A DNA stretch of 64,000 nt from positions 190,765,817 through 190,829,816 of the forward strand of contig NC_068982.1 of NCBI RefSeq assembly GCF_001194135.2, in the 5' to 3' direction. This document shows positions 63,149-64,000 of this stretch, in pieces; the first letter of the stretch is position 1; each line of letters starts with the position of its first letter. This DNA comes from Octopus bimaculoides (Eukaryota). The position numbers and the translations under genes are program-made. The notes below the pieces were generated by a model, which was not told where the DNA came from, ran no database searches, and was given only the letters and a program-made list of their open reading frames with translations.

Positions 63149-63662
63149 TAATAATTATTTTAATAAACAAGAACGTAAGCATTGGCAAAAAAAAAAAACC
63201 ATTGCTATAACATATGGTTGTCTCGCTAAAATCACAAGTTTTGAAAAAGAAAAAAGACAAAATCCTTATCATTAGGATATAATTAGATTAAAACGTTAAG
63301 GTTTTGAAATAAGTTGTGAAGGTCGCACNNNNNNNNNNNNNNNNNNNNNNNNNNNNNNNNNNNNNNNNNNNNNNNNNNNNNNNNNNNNNNNNCAACAACA
63401 TCCAGCTTGATAATGTCGAACGAGAGAGGTTATTTATCATTCTTTTCTTGTCTCTGATATTTCCCCATTCTGCAGCCAATGGTTCACGCCACTATCCGCT
63501 CGTTCCACTCAAGAATTCCCCCTGCCGCCGCCCCCTCCCGCCAAGTATGTATGTGTGTGTATATATATATGTATGTATATATGTATATATATATAACATT
63601 ATGTAGAAAGTGTTGTGCTGTTCGTCGTTACTGTTCTGTTCTATACAGACGTCCTTTCATGG

Positions 63663-63703
<41 letters not shown>

Positions 63704-64000
63704 CACAACAGATTCAACCTCCGGCAACAGACGCATTCATCTCTTCTGCTTCTTTACATCACTACCGCCCTTCTCACCCCACCTCCTTCTTGTTTCTCTT
63801 CTTAATAAGCGTTACACACACACACACACACACACAAAGTACACAATATATACTTGAAATGCAGTCTATAGATACATAAATATTACATACACACGTATCA
63901 ACACCCTGTGAGAGCTTAACTGCCTCCATTAGAAAACCAGGAAACGGGCGTGAACTCTCTCTCTCTCTTTCTCCTTTTTCATGTGTGTATGTGTCCACAC

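Larger units (their letters stand above)
22541..64000 (+). other. Probable intron 1 of the PDE3 gene (continues past window end)
   Basis: Canonical GTAAG donor at 22541. No downstream PDE3-like exon (e.g. an EAHGL-type motif) recognised by eye, but small exons or exons hidden in N gaps cannot be excluded. Confidence 0.65.

Overview
Repeat-dense eukaryotic genomic DNA with 15 N-gaps, most flanked by TA/TG microsatellites. The SINE repertoire and microsatellite load suggest an octopus (inference from recalled repeat families, not a search). One host coding exon is supported: the first coding exon of a PDE3-family cGMP-inhibited phosphodiesterase (+, 21698..22540, followed by a GTAAG donor). It encodes the multi-pass membrane N-terminus and the RRRSSS and RRTSLP phospho-motifs. 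I recognised no second exon in the remaining ~41 kb, which I treat as intron 1. The rest is tRNA-derived SINEs of several families, Tc1/mariner, hAT and piggyBac-type remnants or MITEs, LINE fragments (RLE-type, RTE-like, Penelope-like) and simple repeats. The most notable unannotated structure is a set of minimal hammerhead ribozymes with self-complementary (dimer-type) stem III from at least four unrelated repeat families, at 3180, 20791, 30342/41309 (plus a decayed arm at 30556) and 36355. One family carries a G3:C8 core swap, and one is fused to a tRNA-derived Pol III head in fold-back elements. Inside the PDE3 intron the intact or near-intact copies are all antisense. Two sharply CpG-depleted domains lie within the intron. 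All alignments and folds were done by eye, and repeat boundaries are approximate.
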